Origin: a virus
DNA: 37,637 nucleotides
Virus record (IMG/VR): IMGVR_UViG_3300009285_000033
Span: 1 to 37,637 of that record
Direction: 5' to 3' (one strand)
The position numbers and the translations under genes were made by a program. The number at the start of each line of letters is the position of its first letter. Position 1 is the stretch's first letter. Shown piece after piece: positions 8,193 through 16,833 of this stretch. The notes beneath the pieces are model-generated. The model saw only the letters and a program-made list of their open reading frames with translations. It was not told the origin of the DNA and made no database searches.

Positions 8193-8984
8193 ATGTTAGA
8201 AGAAAACACAACCCCCTCAACGGAAGAGGTAACCCCTGTTAGTACCGAGACAGTCGCTCCAGTAACAGAGACAACTACCCCTCCTGATAACGGACAAGGT
8301 CAACCCAGTGACACTACCACTGACGATCCGATTGTAGCCATCGCGACTAAAAAAGGATGGGATCCAAAGCAGGCAACAACCTTGCTCGCTAAGTCCTACA
8401 CCGAACTTGAGTCAAAGCTTGGAAACTATAAAGAGATCGAGAAGAGAGCTAGCCTCTATGAGGAAGCTAAAAAGAAAGCCGAACTTTGGGACAGTGCCCA
8501 GAGGTACATTGAATCACAAGGTGCGGACGGTCAACCAGACCTATCCAAAATGGCAGTATCAGATCTCGCCGCTTTATGGGAGAACGGCCAAATTGGGTTA
8601 GCGGACATGCCGGCCGACAAACAGTTTGAGGTTCAACGCTACGTAAGCGCATCTCAGTCTGCCGCCGAGGGCGCTGTCACTAATCAAGCTTCACAGCTTA
8701 TTAAGGACAACCCAGAACTCAACGACCCAGAGGTCTTAGAGTTAGTAGCCACCAAGATTGAAAGTGGGGTAGAACCCAACGAAGCAATCGCAATGGTTAA
8801 AAGAGTAATGCAGAAAGCTGAGAAGAGTGCTGAATTAAGGCTCAAAAAGGATACCGAGATGATCAGAAACGGTAACCTTGAAGCAGGAGGTTCGCCCGCA
8901 AGGACTACTCCAAAAAATGAGATCAAATCTGTCGCAGATGCGTTCAGAGCCGCGAAAGCGGAGATGGCCGCAAAAGGACAGTAA
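8193..8984 (+). CDS. putative scaffolding protein
   Basis: 263 aa, acidic, T/P-rich N-terminus then long helical K/E/A-rich region; sits immediately upstream of the capsid gene. Confidence 0.5.
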   Translation: MLEENTTPSTEEVTPVSTETVAPVTETTTPPDNGQGQPSDTTTDDPIVAIATKKGWDPKQATTLLAKSYTELESKLGNYKEIEKRASLYEEAKKKAELWDSAQRYIESQGADGQPDLSKMAVSDLAALWENGQIGLADMPADKQFEVQRYVSASQSAAEGAVTNQASQLIKDNPELNDPEVLELVATKIESGVEPNEAIAMVKRVMQKAEKSAELRLKKDTEMIRNGNLEAGGSPARTTPKNEIKSVADAFRAAKAEMAAKGQ

Positions 8985-9005
8985 TTATTAGTTTATTTAA
9001 AGAAT

Positions 9006-9977
9006 ATGGCAGTAGGAAATGCAAATTTCGACACACTAGCCACGACAACTTTGGTAAAGTACGCCGACAAGCAATTGGTCGACAACATTTTCCAAAGCAA
9101 TGCCCTTTTTTACCTGCTTGCAGGTACTGAGGACGTTCGTAAAGCTAACGGTAAGGGTTATAAAGAACTTGATGGTGGACGACAAATTGTCGAACCTCTC
9201 TTGTATGCTAGTAACTCTACAGCCGGTTCCTATGACGGATACGATGTCCTAGACACCGATCCTCAAGATGGAATGACCAACGCTGAATTTGACTGGAAAC
9301 AGTACAGCGTGTCTGTATCAGTTAGTGGTAAGGAAAAGAGACAAAATACGGGTGAAACCGCAGTTTTGAACCTTATCGAGGGTAAAATCATGCAGGCAGA
9401 AATGTCCTTGATTGAGTCCATGAACGGCGACCTGTTCACGGATGGTACTGGTAACTCCAGTAAAGACCTCACTGGTCTAGTATTAGCAATTGATTCTGCG
9501 GGAACCTACGGAAATATCGTACGTTCAGCCAACTCGTGGTGGAGTGCAGGAGAGACCGCCGTCACTGGCCCTCTTTCTATTGACGTCATGAGAACTGGAT
9601 ACAACGACGCTTCCAAAGGTTACGGGAAAGATCATCCAAAACTGATCATCACTGATCAGGATGAGTATGAGGCCTACGAAGCCAAGCTCCAACCCGATAT
9701 GCGTTTCGCCGACAACAAATTGGCAGATGCTGGATTTGAGAACTTGAAGTTCAAGGGTGCTCAAATGGTCTACGACGAAGTCTGTAATGCTGGAGTCATG
9801 TACTTCATCAACACCGATTACGTCGGCCTCCGTGTCCACAAGGATGCCAAGTTCACTGTAACTCAAGAGATGAGACCTGTTGATCAGGACGCTTTTGTGA
9901 AACAGATCCTTTGGATGGGTAACCTCGTTTCGAGCAACTGTCGCAGACAGAACAAGCTCACTGGTCTTACTGACTAA
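9006..9977 (+). CDS. major capsid protein
   Basis: 323 aa; DGGRQIVEPLLYASNST..SYDGYD.LDT.PQD...AEFDWKQYSVSVS.SG.E and LFTDGTGNS are typical of podovirus-type HK97-fold capsid proteins; position after scaffold. Confidence 0.75.
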   Translation: MAVGNANFDTLATTTLVKYADKQLVDNIFQSNALFYLLAGTEDVRKANGKGYKELDGGRQIVEPLLYASNSTAGSYDGYDVLDTDPQDGMTNAEFDWKQYSVSVSVSGKEKRQNTGETAVLNLIEGKIMQAEMSLIESMNGDLFTDGTGNSSKDLTGLVLAIDSAGTYGNIVRSANSWWSAGETAVTGPLSIDVMRTGYNDASKGYGKDHPKLIITDQDEYEAYEAKLQPDMRFADNKLADAGFENLKFKGAQMVYDEVCNAGVMYFINTDYVGLRVHKDAKFTVTQEMRPVDQDAFVKQILWMGNLVSSNCRRQNKLTGLTD

Positions 9978-9991
9978 TGAGTCGTCATTTT

Positions 9992-10020
9992 GGGGGTTGG
10001 ACTTAAACTAACCCCCTTGA
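9992..10020 (+). terminator. hairpin after the capsid gene (weak T tract)
   Basis: GGGGGTT ... AACCCCC 7-bp stem followed by TTGAGGTATT. Confidence 0.4.
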
Positions 10021-10087
10021 GGTATTAACAATTTGATTCCAAAGTATCCCGAGAGGGGGCCAACTAAGGAAAAGAAAGAATCAAAAA

Positions 10088-10459
10088 ATGATCAAATCAA
10101 GAAACATCGATCCCGAAGCAGGGAGATGGAGCGAACCGATTAAACTAGCTTCGTCCACAACTGCTTCTTTTGCGTTCCATAATCCGACGGGTCACAAGAT
10201 CCTAGTCGATGAGATTGTTATCAACGTCACCACGGCCGCCGCTTCTAAATTCCTCTCCGCAGGAGTTATTGCCGCCGCTACTGCTACCACAGCCACCAAC
10301 GACATTGTTAGTGCCGGTGCTCTGGTAACTGGTCAGGTGCTACACATTGACAATCCTACGACTGTTGCCAAGGATTCCTACATCGTGGGTACTCTTAGTG
10401 CCACCGATGCCACTCTAGACGCTTATGCGTACATCCACTACAAAGAATTAACTCTGTAG
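10088..10459 (+). CDS. hypothetical Ala/Thr-rich virion-module protein
   Basis: 123-aa ORF after the capsid gene, ends in tandem stops TAG TGA. Confidence 0.6.
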   Translation: MIKSRNIDPEAGRWSEPIKLASSTTASFAFHNPTGHKILVDEIVINVTTAAASKFLSAGVIAAATATTATNDIVSAGALVTGQVLHIDNPTTVAKDSYIVGTLSATDATLDAYAYIHYKELTL

Positions 10460-10505
10460 TGAACGTCTTATAAATTTGTAATACAGAAAGAAGGTGAAAT
10501 AACAA

Positions 10506-10982
10506 ATGAAACAATTACCAGCAACAAAATTAACCGCGAACGACTCAGCCGCTAAGGAGGAACTCGGTCGCGTCCGTTGGGAGGGTGGCAAAGCCTATCG
10601 CTATATTCTAGTGGAGGACCAAGCCCTAGCCGTCGGAGACGTTGTTGAATTTTCAGACACAACTGGATACGAAGTATCTAGTGATCGTTCAGGTGGAGCT
10701 TCCATCGGGAGGGTAGTTGCGGGTGTCGCCATTGGTACATTAACTGACGCTTACTACGGTTGGATTCAGGTATCAGGACGAAACGCGTCGATTAAGACGG
10801 ATGGTGGAGTAAGTGCCGGAGATGCACTTATCCCCCACGCTACAGTCGATGGACGCGCTGACACAGGCACGACCGCTTCTACAGTGGTCATTACTGTGGG
10901 TCAGAAATTCGCAATGGCTCTTGAGGCCGATGATGGCACAACCACAGCAGGAACATGCGCAGGCATGATCATGTGTTTGTAA
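10506..10982 (+). CDS. hypothetical protein, possible capsid decoration/cement protein
   Basis: 158-aa ORF with upstream GAAGGTGA Shine-Dalgarno; Gly/Ala/Val-rich beta-type sequence; function only positional. Confidence 0.55.
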   Translation: MKQLPATKLTANDSAAKEELGRVRWEGGKAYRYILVEDQALAVGDVVEFSDTTGYEVSSDRSGGASIGRVVAGVAIGTLTDAYYGWIQVSGRNASIKTDGGVSAGDALIPHATVDGRADTGTTASTVVITVGQKFAMALEADDGTTTAGTCAGMIMCL

Positions 10983-10998
10983 AGTCATAAACAAATTG

Positions 10999-11026
10999 GG
11001 ACTCGGTTAATTACGGGTCCTTTTTT
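10999..11026 (+). terminator. rho-independent terminator
   Basis: GGACTCG/CGGGTCC 7-bp stem (one G-U), 8-nt loop, TTTTTT. Confidence 0.7.
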
Positions 11027-11042
11027 GGTATATGATATGGTC

Positions 11043-11051
11043 TGATATACT
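11043..11051 (+). promoter_or_regulatory. extended -10 element TGATATACT (second TGATATGGT at 11033-11041)
   Basis: Lies after the terminator and upstream of the 11096 operon. Confidence 0.4.
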
Positions 11052-11095
11052 ATGACACTCTTGTACAAACTACATCAATCTGATAAGTTTAATCA

Positions 11096-11431
11096 ATGGA
11101 TGACTTTACTCTATCAGCGCCGGTAAGTATTTTGTTTGATAGTGATCCTGTTACTCCTGTTGACGAGAAAGAGAATGGTTTCGATCTTAAGTTCCACAAG
11201 AAAAACAATATAGGAAATGGATACCGTGGCTACTACTGGAAATGGTTTGATTCCTTTAAAGACTACTACTTCACTCCACCCCGAGAAAATCTAGAGCTTC
11301 CCACTTCAAACGAGTTTGAACACTCCTTTAGAATCGCTCGAGCTCTCTATCGCGATGGGTATTTGAAGAATATCGACATTGTTGAGGAGTTTTACGCTGT
11401 CATGGAGTTAATAATTAACTCAAATAAATGA
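11096..11431 (+). CDS. hypothetical protein, first gene of the glycan operon
   Basis: 111-aa ORF; ATGA-coupled to the downstream genes. Confidence 0.6.
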   Translation: MDDFTLSAPVSILFDSDPVTPVDEKENGFDLKFHKKNNIGNGYRGYYWKWFDSFKDYYFTPPRENLELPTSNEFEHSFRIARALYRDGYLKNIDIVEEFYAVMELIINSNK

Positions 11432-11526
11432 AAGCCTACGAAGAATACGCTGACGCGGGTGAGGGTAACAACTGGTTTATTTGGGTTGTTTTGGCATTGA
11501 TTATTCTTTACTTTATTCTGAGATGA
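11428..11526 (+). CDS. 32-aa single-pass membrane micro-protein
   Basis: MKAYEEYADAGEGNNWFIWVVLALIILYFILR, read by hand and below the ORF-track cutoff; ATGA overlaps at both ends (11428-11431 and 11523-11526). Confidence 0.5.
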   Translation: MKAYEEYADAGEGNNWFIWVVLALIILYFILR

Positions 11527-13466
11527 AAAAGATAAATATAGGCATCGGAATCCCCACTCCTCCCATTGTTGACGCCAATTTCGCTCTGGGAAATCTACAA
11601 ACTCTACTATCATACACTCGTGAGAATTTGAAAGACTTGGGGGTCATAACCGTGTGCTATCAGGCTGGAGTACGCACCGATCGCAATCGTAATATCATCT
11701 TGGACAAATTTATTGAGTCTGGGGAGAAAGGCACTCGCTTTGATTATGTACTTTGGCTTGATGCCGACATGTTGTACCCCAAGGATATGATCTGCAAATA
11801 TCTAGAGGGTGATTTCGACGTCATGGGATGCCTCTACTTCAAGCGCGCGGATCCTTACGCTCCTATTGCTTTCATCAAAGGTAAAAACCCCCTCAAACCG
11901 TTTAAACCTCTCAATCCCCTCACTATTGACGAGGACAAGGTCTATGAGGTTGACGGTTTGGGTTACGGGGGAATGATGGTCAACATGAAAGTCTACGATA
12001 CCCTTGGAGACGAGAAGTGGACTCTATACGGTTCTAAATTTCACCTACCTTACGAATCCATCGACCACCTCACTCACGATCTTGTTTTCTGCCGGACGGT
12101 CCAACAGTACGGCTTCAAAGTCATGATGCACGGAGGAGTTCGTCCTGGTCACATTGCCGACAAAGTTGTCACCATGAAAGACTGGATGGCCTACAATCCC
12201 GAAGCAATCAACGAGTTTTACGAGAAAAAAGTCAAAGAAAGCGGCAGTACCACCCTAGTCGTTATCCCCTCGAAGAACAAAAACCCCGACATGAAACTTG
12301 TCAACCTGCTTCTCAACCGTTCAGGTATGCCGGATCCAATGACTAGAGTCAACGTTTTACACCAATGGGACAAAAAAGGAGATGGGTATCATGCTACTTT
12401 CAATCGTGCATACCTAGACAATCCTGGTTATGATTACTACGTTTACGTGGCAGACGATGTCTTTCCTGGTCGTAACTGGCTACTTCAGGGATTAAAAGCC
12501 ATGCACATCAAAAACGCCGGACTCTGTATTCCAAATGATGGCAAATGGAATGGGGAGATTGCTACCTTTGGTATTATTAGCCGACCGTTCATTGAGACTT
12601 TCGGAAGTGTCCACAAAATTGATGGAAAGTATGTCACCGTTCCCTTTAATCAAGACTACAAAGCAAATTATGGGGATATGGAGTTGACCGTCATCGCCAA
12701 AGCAACTGGAAAGGCTGTCTATGAGCCATCTTGTGTCCTTACCGAGGTAGATTTTGACAAAGACACCAAGAAAGGTCACGCTGATGATAAATTGCTCTTT
12801 GAGAGGCGACGTCGTACTGGTTTTGAGGGTAGAGTCGGAGATCAAGGTCTACTATCTAAGTACCAGCAGATACAAGGCGACCTAGAGCCCTTACAGTCGG
12901 TCGGTGTGCCTGAGTTCACGACTGATTGGTTTACTAAAAATCTCCCATCGTGGGTAAAGTACATCTTGCCCCACCTTTTGGAACAAAAATCACCTCATAC
13001 TCTAGAAATTGGAACTTATGAAGGAAGATCTGCTTATTTTATTCTCGATGCCGTTCCCGAGACTTGGGTTACTACCATTGATCCCTTTACTGGTTCCGGC
13101 TATCTCCCTATGATTGATGTCAAAGAGAGATGCTACCGAAATCTCAAGCATTTTGGAGAACGTGTCGTCATTCTCGATCAACCGTCTGCTGAGGTGCTTC
13201 CAGCCATGACTCCCGATCAGTTTGATTTTGTCTACGTTGATGGACTCCACACTTACGAATCTTGCAGGTTCGATATAGAGAATGCCTGGCCTTTACTAAA
13301 AGACGGAGGAATTATGTGTGTCGACGACTACCTTTGGAATCGTGCAGATGTACCCTCTCGTCCTAAAGAAGCCATTGACGAGTTTCTAGGGGCTCACAAA
13401 CCAGAACTTGAGATTTTATTCAAGGATTACCAAGTAATTGTCAAAAAACTATGTCCGAAAAAATAG
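11523..13466 (+). CDS. trifunctional fusion: two GT-A (family 2-like) glycosyltransferase domains plus C-terminal class I SAM-dependent methyltransferase
   Basis: GIGIPT...DYVLWLDADMLYP (DxD); second VVIPSKNK...YVYVADDVFPG; C-terminal LEIGTYEGRSA...TIDPF...YVDGLHTYE...LLKDGGIMCVDDY (Methyltransf_24/O-MT like). Start taken at ATG 11523. Confidence 0.75.
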   Translation: MKKINIGIGIPTPPIVDANFALGNLQTLLSYTRENLKDLGVITVCYQAGVRTDRNRNIILDKFIESGEKGTRFDYVLWLDADMLYPKDMICKYLEGDFDVMGCLYFKRADPYAPIAFIKGKNPLKPFKPLNPLTIDEDKVYEVDGLGYGGMMVNMKVYDTLGDEKWTLYGSKFHLPYESIDHLTHDLVFCRTVQQYGFKVMMHGGVRPGHIADKVVTMKDWMAYNPEAINEFYEKKVKESGSTTLVVIPSKNKNPDMKLVNLLLNRSGMPDPMTRVNVLHQWDKKGDGYHATFNRAYLDNPGYDYYVYVADDVFPGRNWLLQGLKAMHIKNAGLCIPNDGKWNGEIATFGIISRPFIETFGSVHKIDGKYVTVPFNQDYKANYGDMELTVIAKATGKAVYEPSCVLTEVDFDKDTKKGHADDKLLFERRRRTGFEGRVGDQGLLSKYQQIQGDLEPLQSVGVPEFTTDWFTKNLPSWVKYILPHLLEQKSPHTLEIGTYEGRSAYFILDAVPETWVTTIDPFTGSGYLPMIDVKERCYRNLKHFGERVVILDQPSAEVLPAMTPDQFDFVYVDGLHTYESCRFDIENAWPLLKDGGIMCVDDYLWNRADVPSRPKEAIDEFLGAHKPELEILFKDYQVIVKKLCPKK

Positions 13467-13711
13467 GGAGAGAATTAAACACAAACGAAACTGTCAAATT
13501 TAGACAGGAAGCGGATAACAAAAGCGTGGTATTCTCGATTGAGAAACTAATTGAGGGCAAGAACAGTGCTGAGGAGGTTGAGGTGGCATTTACGATGATT
13601 TTGGAAGCCTTGGAGAGAGAAAGCACCAAAGTTATGAACAAAAGACTACCTCAGACAGTTAACTACACTAAAGATACTTCGACAAATTATCCATTTGAAT
13701 TTGAAGCATGA
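13451..13711 (+). CDS. hypothetical protein
   Basis: 86-aa ORF overlapping both neighbours within the operon. Confidence 0.55.
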   Translation: MSEKIGRELNTNETVKFRQEADNKSVVFSIEKLIEGKNSAEEVEVAFTMILEALERESTKVMNKRLPQTVNYTKDTSTNYPFEFEA

Positions 13712-13851
13712 AAATAAAAACAGCCGTAGGAATTACCGCTCTTTTGTTTGCCTCTTTTGGGTGGTCGCTATTGGGATTTACTAACTGGAGGATTGCCATC
13801 GCCGTCTTTTTCATCATTTGGAGTAATAACTTAAATAACAAACTAAAATGA
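13708..13851 (+). CDS. 47-aa two-helix membrane micro-protein
   Basis: MKIKTAVGITALLFASFGWSLLGFTNWRIAIAVFFIIWSNNLNNKLK, read by hand; ATGA overlaps at both ends. Confidence 0.5.
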   Translation: MKIKTAVGITALLFASFGWSLLGFTNWRIAIAVFFIIWSNNLNNKLK

Positions 13852-14771
13852 AAACAATCGGAGTCACAGGAAGTTCGGGATTTATAGCCACACACGTCAT
13901 TGACGAGTTGGTCAAGAGAGGCTATCGTGTCGCTGGATTTGATAGAAAATCTGGCCTTATAAACGAAAAAATAGGCGAGTTTTTTATGGGAGATATTCGT
14001 GACGCCGGATCAGTTGACGAGTTTGTCCGAAATTGTGACGGGGTGATCAATCTGGCCGGACTTCTGGGTACTACCGAGGCTGTCGACGATCCACTCCCTG
14101 CCGCCCAGACAAACATATTCGGAGGTCTGAACTTCCTCAACGCTATCCGCAAGTACCAGAAACCAGGGGTACAGATCGCCGTAGGTAATCACTTTGAGAA
14201 CAACACTTATTCTATTTCCAAGACCACTATTGAGAGATTCGTCCTCATGTACCAAAAAGAGCACAACGTGCGTGTACTTGTTGTCAGGGGATTGAATGCT
14301 TATGGCCCTGGCCAACATCACAAACCTATCCGCAAAATTACTCCAAATTTCGTCACTCGTGCTCTCAGAGGTGAACCCATCAAGATTTATGGTGATGGAG
14401 AGCAAGTTATGGACATGATCTTCGTCAAGGATTTGGCCTCTATTCTAGTTTCGGCTCTTGAGATGGCTGAGTCACACAAAGACCTTGGTGGTGTCATTGA
14501 AGCCGGTACAGGACGCCACACAACCGTCAATCAGATCGCAGAAATCATCAGCCAAGAGGCCGGCAGACTAACTGGTAATGTTCAATCTTCCCCTGACCAC
14601 GTTCCTATGCGCGCCGGCGAATCTGAACACGCTGTCGTCGTTGCTGACCCCAAAACCATACCCGTATCGTTCTATAAAAATCTACCTAACTATCACCTGA
14701 CCGATCTTGAGGTTGGGATGAAAGAGACTGTAGAATGGTATTTTACTAATTACGACTACAAAAATGATTAA
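13848..14771 (+). CDS. NAD-dependent sugar epimerase/dehydratase (extended SDR)
   Basis: N-terminal GVTGSSGFIATHV Rossmann motif, YSISK (YxxxK) catalytic motif, 307 aa. Confidence 0.85.
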   Translation: MKTIGVTGSSGFIATHVIDELVKRGYRVAGFDRKSGLINEKIGEFFMGDIRDAGSVDEFVRNCDGVINLAGLLGTTEAVDDPLPAAQTNIFGGLNFLNAIRKYQKPGVQIAVGNHFENNTYSISKTTIERFVLMYQKEHNVRVLVVRGLNAYGPGQHHKPIRKITPNFVTRALRGEPIKIYGDGEQVMDMIFVKDLASILVSALEMAESHKDLGGVIEAGTGRHTTVNQIAEIISQEAGRLTGNVQSSPDHVPMRAGESEHAVVVADPKTIPVSFYKNLPNYHLTDLEVGMKETVEWYFTNYDYKND

Positions 14772-14991
14772 AATAGAGAAAGGACTACTGTTAAAAGTTA
14801 CTACTATCACCGAAGAGGAAACGGTTGCCAAAAAAGGAAATTTATGGATAATACTTGAGATTATTGGCGATGTTGTCTGTATTCAATCCCAAGAGGATCT
14901 GGCCGACAAATATGGCAATATCAACGAGCTATTTTGGATGCGTAAGTCCGAGTTAGAAACCAACCCTAACCTAGAGATAGTTATCGAATAA
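14764..14991 (+). CDS. hypothetical protein
   Basis: 75-aa ORF overlapping the epimerase stop. Confidence 0.55.
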   Translation: MIKIEKGLLLKVTTITEEETVAKKGNLWIILEIIGDVVCIQSQEDLADKYGNINELFWMRKSELETNPNLEIVIE

Positions 14992-14992
14992 A

Positions 14993-15484
14993 ATGGGAAT
15001 TTTCATCCCCAGACAAGTATTTGCTAGTGCTCTTTTTTCCAAGCACTTCCCTCCGGCAATCTCCATGAGGTTCCAGGTTTTAAAGGATTCGGAGATCTTC
15101 AAACCATCAGAGGACGAGGGGACGTGGAATCGTGTCAAAGATGGTACTGAAAACTGGCACATTCTTTTTGACATGGTAGAGATCATGGAAATTGTCCAAA
15201 CCCAAAGGCTGTCAAATGAAATTATTGAGATTATCTTTTTGAGGAATTTCGCTGATGCTATCCGGCGCGGAGTAGTCAGCATAGACAAACTTCCTGACCT
15301 CGTCACAACCGAGGAAGCAAGGCGTTCTGCCAACAAAGTCAAAGACTCCAAGGCTAAAAAACGACATGAAGATGTGGTAGAATCATATAAGTACGCTCTT
15401 AATAATCCCTTGTCTGTAGAGCAATCAATGAGCATGATCAAGGGTAAAAAGAGAAAAGAGTTTAAATTAAAACCAAATGTCTAA
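14993..15484 (+). CDS. hypothetical protein
   Basis: 163-aa ORF starting 1 nt after the previous stop. Confidence 0.55.
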   Translation: MGIFIPRQVFASALFSKHFPPAISMRFQVLKDSEIFKPSEDEGTWNRVKDGTENWHILFDMVEIMEIVQTQRLSNEIIEIIFLRNFADAIRRGVVSIDKLPDLVTTEEARRSANKVKDSKAKKRHEDVVESYKYALNNPLSVEQSMSMIKGKKRKEFKLKPNV

Positions 15485-15719
15485 AATAAAAACAAGAGAG
15501 GAGTTGTTGATTGAGTATAGGAATCAAATTGCACTAAGACAACTTTCCTACGAAGCAAGCGCCATCTACTTCAAAAATAGATCCAAAAAATGTAAAACCA
15601 ACTCCCAAGAAGCGGTCGATGCCGTCAACAATTTTTCGACAAACGATCACAACGCCAAATTAGATCGAGACTTCTTGAAAAACATTGACTTAATGATTGA
15701 GGAATCTATTAAAATTTAA
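15477..15719 (+). CDS. hypothetical protein
   Basis: 80-aa ORF overlapping the upstream stop. Confidence 0.55.
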   Translation: MSKIKTREELLIEYRNQIALRQLSYEASAIYFKNRSKKCKTNSQEAVDAVNNFSTNDHNAKLDRDFLKNIDLMIEESIKI

Positions 15720-15727
15720 TAAAAACT

Positions 15728-15943
15728 ATGAACGAATCAAACGTTCCAGGTACCAAAGAGGAAAAGTTAGAAGCCCTTAGAGCACAAGCTCTCAGAAAAG
15801 GTCGCGAGTTCAACGAAGCGGATACCAAGGAAATGCTCGGAATAGTCGACGCTCCAGTTGTCGTGTCCGAACCCGAGGTTGTCAAGTCAGTTGTAAAGTC
15901 GGCCAAACCCAAAGTTTCCAAGGGTAAAATCGGAAAAAAGTAA
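15728..15943 (+). CDS. hypothetical Lys/Glu-rich protein
   Basis: 71-aa ORF in the + array. Confidence 0.5.
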   Translation: MNESNVPGTKEEKLEALRAQALRKGREFNEADTKEMLGIVDAPVVVSEPEVVKSVVKSAKPKVSKGKIGKK

Positions 15944-15963
15944 TTATTATTTAATCAAAACAC

Positions 15964-16383
15964 ATGCCAGGAGTCACACAGCCCACAGAATACCCAGGTA
16001 AATACGAGGAAAAACTTGAGGCAATGGTAGCCATTGCAAAAGAGAGACGCAGAGGCAAACTCAGCTCAAAAACCGAAGAAGAGTACAGAGTGATCTGCAA
16101 ACAGGCTTTAATTATCGAAGCTGAGGACAAAATTGAGTTCTCGTTACGAGGAGAGATCCGCAGAGGACGCCATAAGAAGCTCGGTGTAGATGAGCAAGAG
16201 TTCTCCGGCCTTTGGAGAAAAAAAATGAAAGCTCGTCTTGAAAAAGATGGTTTTCCATTCTCTCTCAGTAAAGAAGAAACTGCTACCCTTGAGAGACTGA
16301 AAGAAGAGGCAACTGCCAAAAAAGTGGCTGAAATGACCAACATGGCCGCTGAAACTCTTAAGAAGATGATAACGACCGCGTAA
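15964..16383 (+). CDS. hypothetical highly charged protein
   Basis: 139-aa K/E/R-rich ORF ending in triple stops TAA TAG TGA. Confidence 0.55.
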   Translation: MPGVTQPTEYPGKYEEKLEAMVAIAKERRRGKLSSKTEEEYRVICKQALIIEAEDKIEFSLRGEIRRGRHKKLGVDEQEFSGLWRKKMKARLEKDGFPFSLSKEETATLERLKEEATAKKVAEMTNMAAETLKKMITTA

Positions 16384-16386
16384 TAG

Positions 16387-16395
16387 TGATATACT
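16387..16395 (+). promoter_or_regulatory. extended -10 element TGATATACT
   Basis: Begins at the third tandem stop codon; lies upstream of terminator 16418-16440. Confidence 0.35.
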
Positions 16396-16417
16396 AGTCT
16401 AGAAGTCACAATCAACT

Positions 16418-16440
16418 GACCTGCGAAAGCAGGTCTTTTG
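16418..16440 (+). terminator. rho-independent terminator
   Basis: GACCTGC-GAAA-GCAGGTC perfect 7-bp stem, GNRA loop, TTTT. Confidence 0.8.
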
Positions 16441-16459
16441 TTAATAATTACTTACTAAA

Positions 16460-16720
16460 ATGACAGGAAGACCAACTTACATCGCGACGAATACCACAAC
16501 CCTAGTAATGACTGGCCCAGGTAAACTGTGGAGAATTATTCTTGGTGAAACAGCCGCAGGCGCTATCACCATCTACGACGCCCTGACTGCTACTGGTACT
16601 GCTAAATGTGTATTAAAAGCGTCTATTGCTGAGGGAACTTACGAGTTTGGTATGGAGTTCAAGACAGGTCTGACCATCGTTACTGCCGGTGCTTCTAAAT
16701 TGACTGTAATCACAGGATAG
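16460..16720 (+). CDS. hypothetical small virion-module protein
   Basis: 86-aa Thr/Gly/Ala-rich ORF. Confidence 0.55.
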   Translation: MTGRPTYIATNTTTLVMTGPGKLWRIILGETAAGAITIYDALTATGTAKCVLKASIAEGTYEFGMEFKTGLTIVTAGASKLTVITG

Positions 16721-16766
16721 ACGAGCTTCTACTAATTCGATTCGGACGATGGCTACGAATAGGTTT

Positions 16767-16777
16767 TGTGATAAGAT
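16767..16777 (+). promoter_or_regulatory. extended -10 element TGTGATAAGAT
   Basis: TRTG-n-TAAGAT, upstream of terminator 16800-16824. Confidence 0.3.
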
Positions 16778-16799
16778 TAGTCTGATTAGTAAACAATCT

Positions 16800-16824
16800 G
16801 GTCACCTAGCGGTGGCCTTTTTTT
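16800..16824 (+). terminator. rho-independent terminator
   Basis: GGTCACC-TAGC-GGTGGCC stem (one G-U) followed by TTTTTTT. Confidence 0.75.
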
Positions 16825-16833
16825 AAATCAAAA

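Noticed and set aside
14971-15441. Long antisense ORFs (also 15951-16415, 20097-20519, 22046-22492, 27711-28136, 28123-28521, 12492-12845)
   Set aside because: They lie fully inside well-supported + strand genes and are low-complexity or shadow frames. They have no independent start, promoter or motif evidence.
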